Shown: piece after piece, positions 15,201 to 27,200 of the stretch
Layout of the letters: every line of letters begins with the position of its first letter
How positions within the stretch are numbered: position 1 is the stretch's first letter
NCBI RefSeq assembly: GCF_902652985.1
Contig: NC_047024.1
Coordinates: forward strand, 29,450,001-29,514,000
From: Pecten maximus
Lineage: Eukaryota
DNA: 64,000 bases
Direction: 5' to 3'
Program-made: the position numbers and the translations under genes
Notes under the pieces: model-generated
The model's input: only the letters and a program-made list of their open reading frames with translations
Database searches by the model: none
Told to the model about the DNA's origin: nothing

Positions 15201-18200
15201 CCAAAGTAAAGTGTTGGTGAAGTTTCAGTAACTTAATATCAGAACCAGTGAGAAATATAACACTGAAATATCAGTACGTAAGTGGATTATTGGTTTCTGA
15301 AATCACACTACTGTGATCATGAAGAAACCACAAAGAGGCCAAACGACGACCCTTCCCGAAATAATGTTTACTTCATCGAGTCTCCCTACCCGTGTCTACA
15401 TACACACAGGAACCTCCATGGTTACTGCTGGACACTCCAAGGGTAGCAACGATTCGCCCACGTTGGGAGCAGTGCAAGCTGCCAAATCTGACCAAAAGGT
15501 TCAAGAAATGAATGACACTCCAAAAGCCAGAGCGGCTGAAGGTAAAACTGACCAAAAGACTGAACAAGCGGACAAGGAATTCTCTGTCAAGGATGTACAG
15601 AGAGGTAAATCAAAATCACATGGGAACGGTACAAAAGTCGGCCATAAAAAGCAGGTTTCTGACAATGTGGGAGAGATAAGTCCAGATTTAAAGGAAAGTC
15701 TCAAATTGCCACAGCTGCAACAAAGCTCCAGGTCTCCAAGCCTCACAGGTACCCCAAACCTGTCACCTCGGAAATCAACTCCAAGTATTTCCCCCAGACT
15801 GTCAGGAGATAAAGGTATTGATGCTGGTAAAGATCTTTATACACAGGTTTTACAAAAGGCACGGAAATCAAGGTCTCCAGAAAAGAGTCATCCTTTCCCA
15901 GACGTCAAGATAAAGTACCTGGACAAACGAGAGGATACCAAGGATATGATGAAGAATCAAGAGATGATACCCATTCCATTCTCACACATAGACAGGAAGT
16001 AAGTAGGAACCCCATACCCAACATTCCATTCTCACACATAGACAGGAAGTAGGAACCCCATACCCAACATTCCATTCTCACACATAGACAGGAAGTAAGT
16101 AGGAACCCCATACCCAACATTCCATTCTCACACATAGACAGGAAGTAGGAACCCCATACCCAACATTCCATTCTCACACATAGACAGGAAGTAGGAACCC
16201 CATACCCAACATTCCATTCTCACACATAGACAGGAAGTAGGAACCCCATACCCAACATTCCATTCTCACACATAGACAGGAAGTAAGTAGGAACCCCATA
16301 CCCAACATTCCATTCTCACACATAGACAGGAAGTAGGAACCCCATACCCAACATTCCATTCTCACACATAGACAGGAAGTAAGTAGGAACTCCATACCCA
16401 ACATTCCATTCTCACACATAGACAGGAAGTAAGTAGGAACCCCATACCCAACATTCCATTCTCACACATAGACAGGAAGTAGGAACCCCATACCCAACAT
16501 TCCATTCTCACACATAGACAGGAAGTAAGTAGGAACCCCATACCCAACATTCCATTCTCACACATAGACAGGAAGTAGGAACCCCATACCCAACATTCCA
16601 TTCTCACACATAAACAGGAAGTAAGTAGGAACCCCATACCCACCTTGTCAGGTTAGGCCATACAAATTATACCTGCTGTACACATTGCATGATTGTAAAG
16701 GGCAACTACTTTTTTCTTTTCTTTTTCAAATGTATCCCTTGACAGGCTTGGAAGGCTATAAACCTCATTACAAATATAGGTAGCATTTTCAGATGATTCA
16801 CACTCAAAGTTCTATACTAAATTAAAAAAAAATCATGATGAAATATTTACGATTAACTTAACCATGGCCATGACATGAACATTTCCTTTGAATCTTGCAA
16901 AGCACATGATACCCGTTACGTCTTTTATGAAAAACCACCATATATACAGTATATACTGTACTTATCTGATGATAACATAACACTTTTTACTTTCTCACTA
17001 AGCAATGATTCATGTACATCAATATCGGAAGGCTGTTTAAAAATGTTTGTTTTATGTTTCCTTATTTATATAATGAAACCTCAGAAATCAATTTGGCAAA
17101 AACAAATAACTGAAAAAATCAATAATAACTGCAAACAACAAAGCCTTCAAAGGTTTGGGCGATTGATAGGCATTCTACATTCTCATTGTAAACATTTCAT
17201 TGTGAAAAAACAAACAGTGTGAGAAAACATGAGGATCATTAGTTTCTTACACAAACCTTTACAGGAATAAATAAGTATAGTTCAAAACAATTCAGATACC
17301 CGTACCTAATTAATACAGTTTCTTAATATTTTGATCCAGATAATGACAATTCAGAAATAACTTGAGCATTATAAGAAACCTTGTTCTAAAAAGAAATGGA
17401 CTTATATAAAGAAAGTGCCTAATCATTATATCATAGGTCAATAAAATATTAACACAAAGTATGATATAATAAAAATAAATTAAATATATAAAGACGGTTG
17501 ATCAAGCACTTTATGGGACACTTGAAACAGACATGATATATCATTTTAAAGACGATTTCAAATAAGATAGGTATCAAACGTATAAATTGGTTCATAAATG
17601 CGACCCTGCACTGGTAGAGCTGTGTGCATGGTTTGTCTTGTATAACTCGGTGCAATATATAGCTGGTCATATATGGACTGAAACTTGGCAGAATATCTAG
17701 CCCTATTATACATACATATATTACAAAGGTGCGTGTATTGGTTTTTGTGGAGCTTCCCGTTGTAAAACAGTCAGGTAGATAAATAGTCAATACTGATCCA
17801 AGATAAAATATATAGGGTTAACATCATATATATACGACTGTAATATCAACAATTCGCCCAACGATCTTGATATACTCCCGATGGCAAGACTGTGAGAACT
17901 GCACTGGGTAAATATGTATGTGTATTCAAATCTTTTCTGATAAAACAGTCTCTATATTGTTAGTTGTGATACATTATTAAGTTAAAATAATCATAAAATG
18001 TGTCAATCTGGTTGTACATTACTCGATTTATAGCTGATCCGTACCAGAACAAAGGCCCAGGGTTAAGTATGCTACGCCTACAAAGGAAGGTCTTTAACAA
18101 GGCTGCTTGAGATTTATTTTTCGTCTCCCTATTGTTAAGACATAGTATATATGACGGAAACACCATTTAACATATACACTAGCGATTGTTATGACTTTGT

Positions 18201-21200
18201 TCCCGGTCTTAACAGTTAATGAGAAATGAGGAGGTGCTAAAAGTTCAGTGAAAGAGAGTGCACACAGTAGAACTATACAGCCCTTTGTAAAGGTGATATA
18301 TAACTGTATAAATTATAGGGTCTACTATGAATACTGCTGATAATGAAGTGACTTGTCACCATTGTGTGTTCCTGTGTTTGTTTTAGGGTCACTGTGGTGC
18401 GAAACGCAATGTATGGCAACTTTCTCCGTAAATCAACCAAGAAACTCCAAGATGATCTACGTCAGACCATGCGAGTCTACTCCAGTGAGAAGCACGAACT
18501 TCTCCGTCACCTTGCTAGTCTACGACACGAAATGGACGAACTGAAAGCCTCTGAATCCAGCTCTTCCCCAACCTCATCCTTCAGTGACTCTTCCTCCTTC
18601 AAAAGTACACCACGCTTCTTTCATGCCCCCAACCTAGCTGCAAACAAAGCACGAAAGAAAGGACGGAAACGGAAAAATTCTTTAACAAGTGACGACAGTA
18701 TGGGAAGTCAAAACCAGAAAATCAAAGAAGGAATTTTACGTCTTCCCACAATCAAAGATGCATCACCAGCCCCTCAGGAATGGGAGTCTGGCAACTCCAT
18801 GCACACCAATCTACCCCCTATAGAACACCCCAAGGGGCTGGCCACAGCAAAGGCCCTGCTGGACAACAACTTTTCAATACCTAAAATATCTGACCCCAGT
18901 CGTGAGGACATCAGTGTTGCTAGTCTCAGACAGTCCAATCGCGAAAAGAAAAAAGTGCATTTCTCTGAAGAAAACAAAATCACAGAATTTGAAGTGATCA
19001 GATACAATGAAAATGAGGCAAAAAACTGGCGACATGGTGGGGCAAACAGCCCCACTGAGTACTATCGCAAACCTCGTGGCTCAAAAAAGGGAAAGGGTGA
19101 AAGAGGTGGGTCAAAAGGCACACTTGCACCTCTCAAGCGTCCAAACGATCCTAAGGAAGCACAAAAAGTGGCTGCTGAATATAAATCTTTATACCTTTCT
19201 ATTCATGATCCGGAGGAACGTACCAAAACATTGGCGGACATTTTGTATGCTGTTCGCATGCGTATGCAGGAAAATGAACAGAATTTAAAGTTTGGTGAAT
19301 CACCCCGCCCTGCAAAGACAAACAACACACTCTGTGATTTTCTACTCAGCAATAGCTCTGAAGATCCAATCCTGAAGGGCTCAGAACCAAGCAAGGTAGG
19401 TCATAAGGCATCTAGGAATCTAAGATATTATCAATATCATTTGTTTTAAACTCTTGAAAGGAAGGATCTGAATTATTTTGTAACGCTTTTAAATGCATGT
19501 TTAATTTTGTAAAAGCTTGCTCAGCTTAACATACAACTTTCATATATTAAACCAAAATCAACTATAAACTTGTTGCCATTTTTTTAACAATTATGATGCT
19601 TTGTTTCGTTGATAAATTCAAGTACTGTGTTTAAATTAAAATTCAGTTCAATGTATCAATATCAGGTAATCAAATTCTTGTTTCTAACGAATTGTTACCA
19701 CAAATTTTTGAAATTTGATTTAATTGATTTAATCTATAAAATTAATATTAGTCTGTTACTTTATTTTTATCTCTGGGATATACTTTTTTATCTTCTCCCT
19801 AAAAATTAATCAAAATCCTTTTTTAAATACCTTTTAATATGTATTTAATTTTAATCATTGTAATCCTTCCAGAACACTGTAATGCGCTTATCTATTTAAA
19901 TCTTTATTCATACAAAAACTTATATACAATAAGCCGAAAATTCTAAAATACCAACAACTTTTACCAATTGAAATGTTAAAAGTTCTAGAAATAGATATCA
20001 CTGGATTCAAAAGGTAAAGTAGCCACATCTTAAGTACGCCGTTTAATAACATATACGCTCTGAACCGATTACCGACTATTCAATATTGACCAAGAACTTT
20101 CAGATGAACGAACTTGAAAGGTTTATATATTTACTGTTAAAGTCCCGATATGTAATTTAGGGTAGTAAGGCGACACACTTTATAATGTTACATTACAATG
20201 GCATAGAAAATAGGACAGCCTGATTAGTGAGGTATTACAAAATAGGACAGCCTGATTAGTGAGGTATTACAAAATAGGACAGCCTGATTAGTGAGGTATT
20301 ACAAAATAGGACAGCCTGATTAGTGAGGTATTACAAAATAGGACAGCCTGATTAGTGAGGTATTACAAAATAGGACAGCCTGATCAGTGAGGTATTACAA
20401 AATAGGACAGCCTGATCAGTGAGGTATTACAAAATAGGACAGCCTGATCAGTGAGGTATTACAAAATAGGACAGCCTGATTAGTGAGGTATTACAAAATA
20501 GGACAGCCTGATTAGTGAGGTATTACAAAATAGGACAGCCTGATTAGTGAGGTATTACAAAATAGGACAGCCTGATTAGTGAGGTATTACAAAATAGGAC
20601 AGCCTGATTAGTGAGGTATTACAAAATAGGACAGCCTGATCAGTGAGGTATTACAAAATAGGACAGCCTGATCAGTGAGGTATTACAAAATAGGACAGCC
20701 TGATCAGTGAGGTATTACAAAATAGGACAGCCTGATCAGTGAGGTATTACAAAATAGGACAGCCTGATTAGTGAGGTATTACAAAATAGGACAGCCTGAT
20801 TAGTGAGGTATTACAAAATAGGACAGCCTGATTAGTGAGGTATTACAAAATAGGACAGCCTGATTAGTGAGGTATTACAAAATAGGACAGCCTGATTAGT
20901 GAGGTATTACAAAATAGGACAGCCTGATTAGTGAGGTATTACAAAATAGGACAGCCTGATTAGTGAGGTATTACAAAATAGGACAGCCTGATCAGTGAGG
21001 TATTACAAAATAGGACAGCCTGATTAGTGAGGTATAACAGTCATTATAAACTTTGTTACCTTTACTACACACTCCAATGCCTCCTACTAAGACACTTTAC
21101 ATTACAGCTGTTATGCTTTATTCCATATACTTTAAAGACACCGTCTTCTCTCTAATTGGTCAGACATATCTCCCCTACTCTCCTACTAAGACACTTTACA

Positions 21201-24200
21201 AGAACTGTAATCCTGTATTCCATAAAGATAGCTAGCCAAACCCATATTCTCTAAATTGAATTTATTCAGAATTTTTTTTTTCTATTAAAAAGTTTCCAGT
21301 TGATTTACAGGTACAAACTCTTTAGTTAGGAATAAAATGGCTTATATGTACATGTATATATACTTAAGACCTAAATGTAAATAGTATAAGAAAAGATAAC
21401 AAAAATAACTAGTTAACAAATTAAGACATCTTTCACAATAAACTAGATAACAAATTTATATATCTCGATCACTTGTTACTATATCTACATACTGGTAAAT
21501 ATTTAGTCCTACATGACGTAAATGTTTGACGGCCAATCACCCGTGTTTATGTGAAAAGGTTATCAAGCCAATGCAATATCTAATAAGATATTTGATATTT
21601 TTAACAAACTTTCAAGGTAAAGTATCATTCTAAGGTCAAGTAAGCATATCAGTGCCATTTGTATCATTTGACACAATAAAAGAAATCGTCAGAATTTTAG
21701 TTTTGATAATGTAATGGACCATAATTGACAGGTAAATTCTGTACCTAATGTTATACGCACATGCTGATAGGTATACAGAGGGACAATTAACTAGTAAATA
21801 TAATGCCCTTTCATACTTGCTCTATGGAGCTTGATCACCTATAATACACGATATGAGATCAAGAGATATCGTCATTCCTCGATGACATATCAAATCCACA
21901 AAATCGTGAGACTGCCAGACGAGTTCAAGGCAGAGTCGGTTTGATTCCAAACCTTACCTTGACACTTCTTCTTGTCAAAACTCTTTGGCCATACTTTGCT
22001 TAACTTTGATTTCAACTCAGCAAAATTAATTGATACTGATAGTCTTGATGACATGCCTATTAGATATTGGTTTGACTTAATGAAGTGAAGCATGATTAAT
22101 CATAACAGAGAGAAAATATATCATTATTTATCTACATTGTATTAGGATAATTCAATAGAAATTGATTGTATATAGATTAGTGTTCTTTGATCTTAGTTTT
22201 ATTAATTTTTGGTTTACTTCAGTATTATGAGAATATGAACAAAGTAATAATAATATTTGGTCACAATATATTGTTACACATGCTTCAAACTATGATTAAG
22301 ACTTGAGCTGATCTTATTACACACTTAAATTTCACAGGAATAAGTTAAAATAGTTCTGTCACTCAATTTATAATACACAATGACTTGATTGTTGTTTAAA
22401 ACTGAAAAATGATAAACAAATTTAATTATTTCGCAGCTCGGCAACAAGTTCCATGGAGCCCCAAACCATACTGCTGCGAGAATCGGCCGCAGATCTCACT
22501 CTATACAACTCCAGAACTATTTACGCAAAATGTCCAAATCGCGTAGGATGATCGAACATATGGAAGCTGAGCAGTACCGTCTGGCCCACATTATCGGCCA
22601 CAAACACCTGATGGCTGCCTCCCAAGCTGCACAAGCATAGAGAAAAGATGTTCACATATCTAGGGAGTCCAAGATGACCATTTCTCGACCCATGGCTTTA
22701 TGAAGTATATTTGTTGAGTTTCACCATGACGTCTCGACCTTCGGTGGATCCTTATATGGTATCTGTGGGCCCTCATTACATTAGGGGCTGGAGTAGTGCT
22801 ATCTAACTGGTACCACATGCGGTTCCCACAACTAGAAGCGTCTGTTTGATGACTGGCTCTTTAACCCATAGAATTGTCAGAAGGATTGATGGATGTGATT
22901 TTTAACAGAATATATGACCATATATAAAGAGTTCAAGCATTCTTTGGACATTGATCTCCCTTTTTTCATTTTCGAGTTGGAGATAGGTAATTAGAGTGCT
23001 CAACAATTGTACAAATAATTCTTACATTTCTTCTGCTTTGGTAGATTCTTAATATTTATATGGATCGAGAAGAATCCATCGCTTCATCACCAGAGGGTCA
23101 AATATACAGTGATATGTACTTATACATGCTCAGCATCTTATTTTCCTGGATTTCTGTGGGGTTTGTTCACAAAAACTGTGTTGTATGTGTTTCATGTGAA
23201 ATTCCACAGATTTTAACACTGTGATTCTGTGTTGTTAGACAACAGCTCCAATACCTACAAGTCTCGAATATTGATACAGACTTAAGTGCTATGGACCTAA
23301 CGACCTTGTGTGAACCCTATTGTCTGTTTGTCCAGTATGTTTGACCACAACAATTGGATAGGAAGTTACATATCAACACTAAAATGTTCACATTTTATTG
23401 ATGACTGATCACAATTTTAAATGCTGTCCAAAACTTTGATGAACAATTATTGAAGAAGTGCCTTACAGATATGTGTAGCCATTGTTTTGGTCAGTACACA
23501 GTAAAATTTTCACACAAGACTGTGCTGTTGTCATATGGGAAGTATACACCTTCACCACATAGACACAGTGGTGAGATTATTTTCACAACTCACTGATAAT
23601 TGTAAGAAAATCTGGCTCATTTTATGATGGACATGTCAAAAATAAAAAAATAAATAAAATAAAACCTATTCTTGACGAGTAAAATTCACAAATATTTATT
23701 TTTCTATCATACATCTACATTTCATAAATTATCGTATTTATCCTCTAGTCAATTTGGTCATGACAAGTGTTCTTTACATATTGTGCCAATTGATAACTAT
23801 TCCAACTGTTTCCATGACAATGGTTCTTCTGTGTCCATGACAACCTTTCATCTGTAAAATTGTTTGACAATGACTCTCCACCATAACTATCTATTGTTAC
23901 AGAATGCTGAAATTCACCAATAAATGTGTGATCAAAAAGTTTCTGTAGTTGTTTTTAAGAATTAACACAAAAATGATTACCACAAAAAAATTTACAGCTG
24001 AGAAATATGAACTTGTATTTGAATTGAAAACAAATTTGCTTCCATTTCAAATTTTCTTTACATAAAAGTTGTCTTAAGGAGACAATTATTTCATTTCTTT
24101 AAACTGCATTTTCAGTCATTTTCAGAGTGGATCAAGACACTGCAATTAAAAATTTAACATCAAGTTAAAATCTCATTCTGACTTTGTGAGTACTAGATGA

Positions 24201-27200
24201 CAACTTTGTTTCCATCTCACATATTGATAACATTACTTTGATGACTATTGCCCATAAAGATGTTCATTTCAGTCGATACTCTGCTTGTATTGATTTCCTT
24301 GTAGATTTTATAACTTCCTCAGCATTTCAATTATCACCTGCGACCTCTATTCATTTGTTATACTTTGACCTGGATCAAACAATCTCCTAGTCCAATCAGG
24401 ACCACTACCTGTAGGTGTTCAATTATCCGTAAGACACACAACAAATCCAATATTTTACCTGTGGTTTTCACTCGACACATGCCTTTGTCTAACAGGTACA
24501 TTGATATGTATTTGTCACAAAGAATTACTATGAAAGAAAACGCATCCAGGTCCACCCAGGGGAGGATGAAATGCGACACCAAGAACTTCTCACCAGTAAA
24601 GTCTCCGCCCGTTCCTCTTCCACTTGAGTTTAGTTCTGTGTCATTAGATTCAAAGAGTAACTCGTACAGATATTAACAGAAAATGAACCAGTCGTGAATT
24701 AATTTCACTTTGACATGTTTTTAAAAAGTTATTAATAATGACATTAGTTGTAATATGTCAGAGTATACTTACAAAGGAATGTATTAAGTTTCCATAGATC
24801 AAAACTTCTAGATTATTGGTACGTGTATTGAAATTATTGAGAAGGCCATTTTAAATATTCTTTCTCAAACTCAAAGTATCTAAATGATTGTTTCCAGCTG
24901 TATGCTTTAGTAGAAATATCCGAAGAAGGATTTAAATTTTTTGCCAATTTAAAAAGTTTTCTTTACAGTGACTATGAGTATTACCCACTGGAAGGCAACT
25001 ATAATTCTTTTACTGTCAAGTATAAGTAATAGCTTTACCATAGGGTACACAAGATACACTTAAAATATACATACAATTAACTTATATTGGTAGTTATAAA
25101 CAAATCTTCAATAATAAGCTCATCCATTTAGATGAGAAAAATGGTTGTTCAAAGTAATCTAAAACTATAATACCTGTTCAGAATTTGGACAAAAGTCATC
25201 GTCATGTTAACCTTCGCACCAAGGTTTATATACAAGCACTTTCGATTTGCTATTTGAACATGTTCCTTTGTTCCTGCCAGACATAAGTGATATTGTTACA
25301 TTAAAAGGAGAATTGTTTGTTCATTACAAAGGCTAATCAAATCAGCGCTGATCAATAAAAATATGTGTATCAGCTCTACTGTACATGAGATATTGGAGTT
25401 CTGGAAGCTATATAACACAGACTGGTGGGTGTGATGGCAGTACTTTCAGGACAACATTAAAGGCATAATTTTTACGAAACATTAAAGACATAATTTTTAT
25501 GATCAAAATACATCTGTATGATTAAAACACATACCTAATTGAATTGATATTGACCTGCGACAGGAACAGTGATAAACTGTATACATGTACATCCATAAGT
25601 ACATGGCTTATCTACTCAATATTGCCCACATGTTCCTGTCAAAGACAATGAAAGCAAAACTTTTTCTGTAGCCTGTTTTGACTTTTTTGTTTGTTTGCTG
25701 GAGTTTTCTCCAGGGTCATTTTGAGACAGGGTTTCCTTTTAGTATCAGTTGGGCACTTCACTGAAAACTTGAGAGATGCCCATCATATGCTATCCAGAGC
25801 AAATGGGGAAGTGTCTTGATCATGGACACAGCCATGACAGCTAAAAAAAGCCAATAGTCTCAGGCTTCCTGAGAAAAGCAAACTTCCACAGATTGGGATC
25901 AAACAAAACGCCTCAGATCTTCACCTGATACCTATTTGTCCATAATGCTCTACTGACGGTTACCACAGTCCCTGACAACACGGCCAATTCTACTGTACTT
26001 TGCTTGTGATTGTTTAACATGAATGATATATGATCTTGAAATCTTAATTAAAACTACAAACTGTCAAAATCTATCTGCTATGAATACAAGAATAGTTTTT
26101 TTATTTGAAAATGTTCAAACATTTCACTCAGATTAATTCTGGTCAAACATACTCTGAAAATGTAATCAGCAATGACAAAACAGAATTTGACAAACACAGA
26201 AAAACACAAGTGGGTATCAAACAGAAGGTTATGACCTTTGTAAATGGTTGAAAACTTGTAAAGAAATGAACAACCTATTATGTATAGTACATGTCACACA
26301 CTTGTGGAATTCATTTCAGATTGAAATTGTACAGCTTGTGTAAATCAAATGGAGACACTTCAAATATAGGTGTATTTCATTTCTGAATTGAAGTGTTTAT
26401 AATGTTTTATATCTTAGCTGTCACTCTGAAGTGTAGGTCTTCAGTGGACACCATCAAATAGAACATTTTATATAATTTAAATTCCTACTAGATTTAAGTT
26501 TTTTTTTCTTCTAAATTTAATTTCGATACATCTGATTCCATTTATCTAAGCGAACAGTTAGCTAAATGATAAAATTTTGAGTGGATTATTTGTAAATGTG
26601 CTAAATATGTTTGAAATCATATTAATCATATTTGATAAATAGAGTCTAGATTCAATTAATTATTCACTGAATGTTGGCTGATGTTTTATTTAATTTCCTT
26701 GAACAGGTATTACATCTGATATAGGGGCCGAGGTGGCCGAGTGGTTTAGGTGTCCGAAATTCGAAACCTACATGGGGCAGTTGCCAGGTACTGACCGTAG
26801 GTCGGTGGTTTTTCTCTGGGTACTCCGGCTTTCCTCCACCTTCAAAACCGGGTATGTCCTTAAATGACCCTGGCTGTTAATAGGACGTTAAACCAAACAA
26901 ACCAGACCCTATTAACCATTCGACAGATACAAATATTCTGACACTACGAAGATATGGTCATAATGAACTGCTAATTGTTCCCACACTTAAAGAAGAATAC
27001 TTTCCACACAGATATAAGAGTAAAACCGAGTTCTGTCTAATAGCTGCTGTACATTATCATCACAGAAATTAATGGAGAAGCCATATTTTGGGTGTTTCAC
27101 TCAAATACTTAATACCAATCAAGTGTGATGTTATATACTTTCATCTCCCTAACAGTTTGGCTTAAATTAATCAATTTCTGAAAGGTAAGACAAATTTCTC

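Noticed and set aside
15905-16643. Minus-strand Cys/Met-rich ORFs
   Set aside because: Antisense translation of the 46/50-bp array.
18364-19449. 361-aa single-exon gene
   Set aside because: The ORF starts at a non-ATG codon inside an acceptor tract; splice sites at 18386 and 19396 link it in frame to flanking exons.
21890-22093. Minus ORF with strong AAG|gtaagg donor at 21957 as a KIF21 exon
   Set aside because: Its open frame ends in phase 1, and the phase-2 frame required by the intron contains TGA; at most a non-coding or alternative-start exon.
26724-26770. tRNA gene
   Set aside because: A and B boxes are present, but there is no complete cloverleaf and it is followed by a SINE core and tail.
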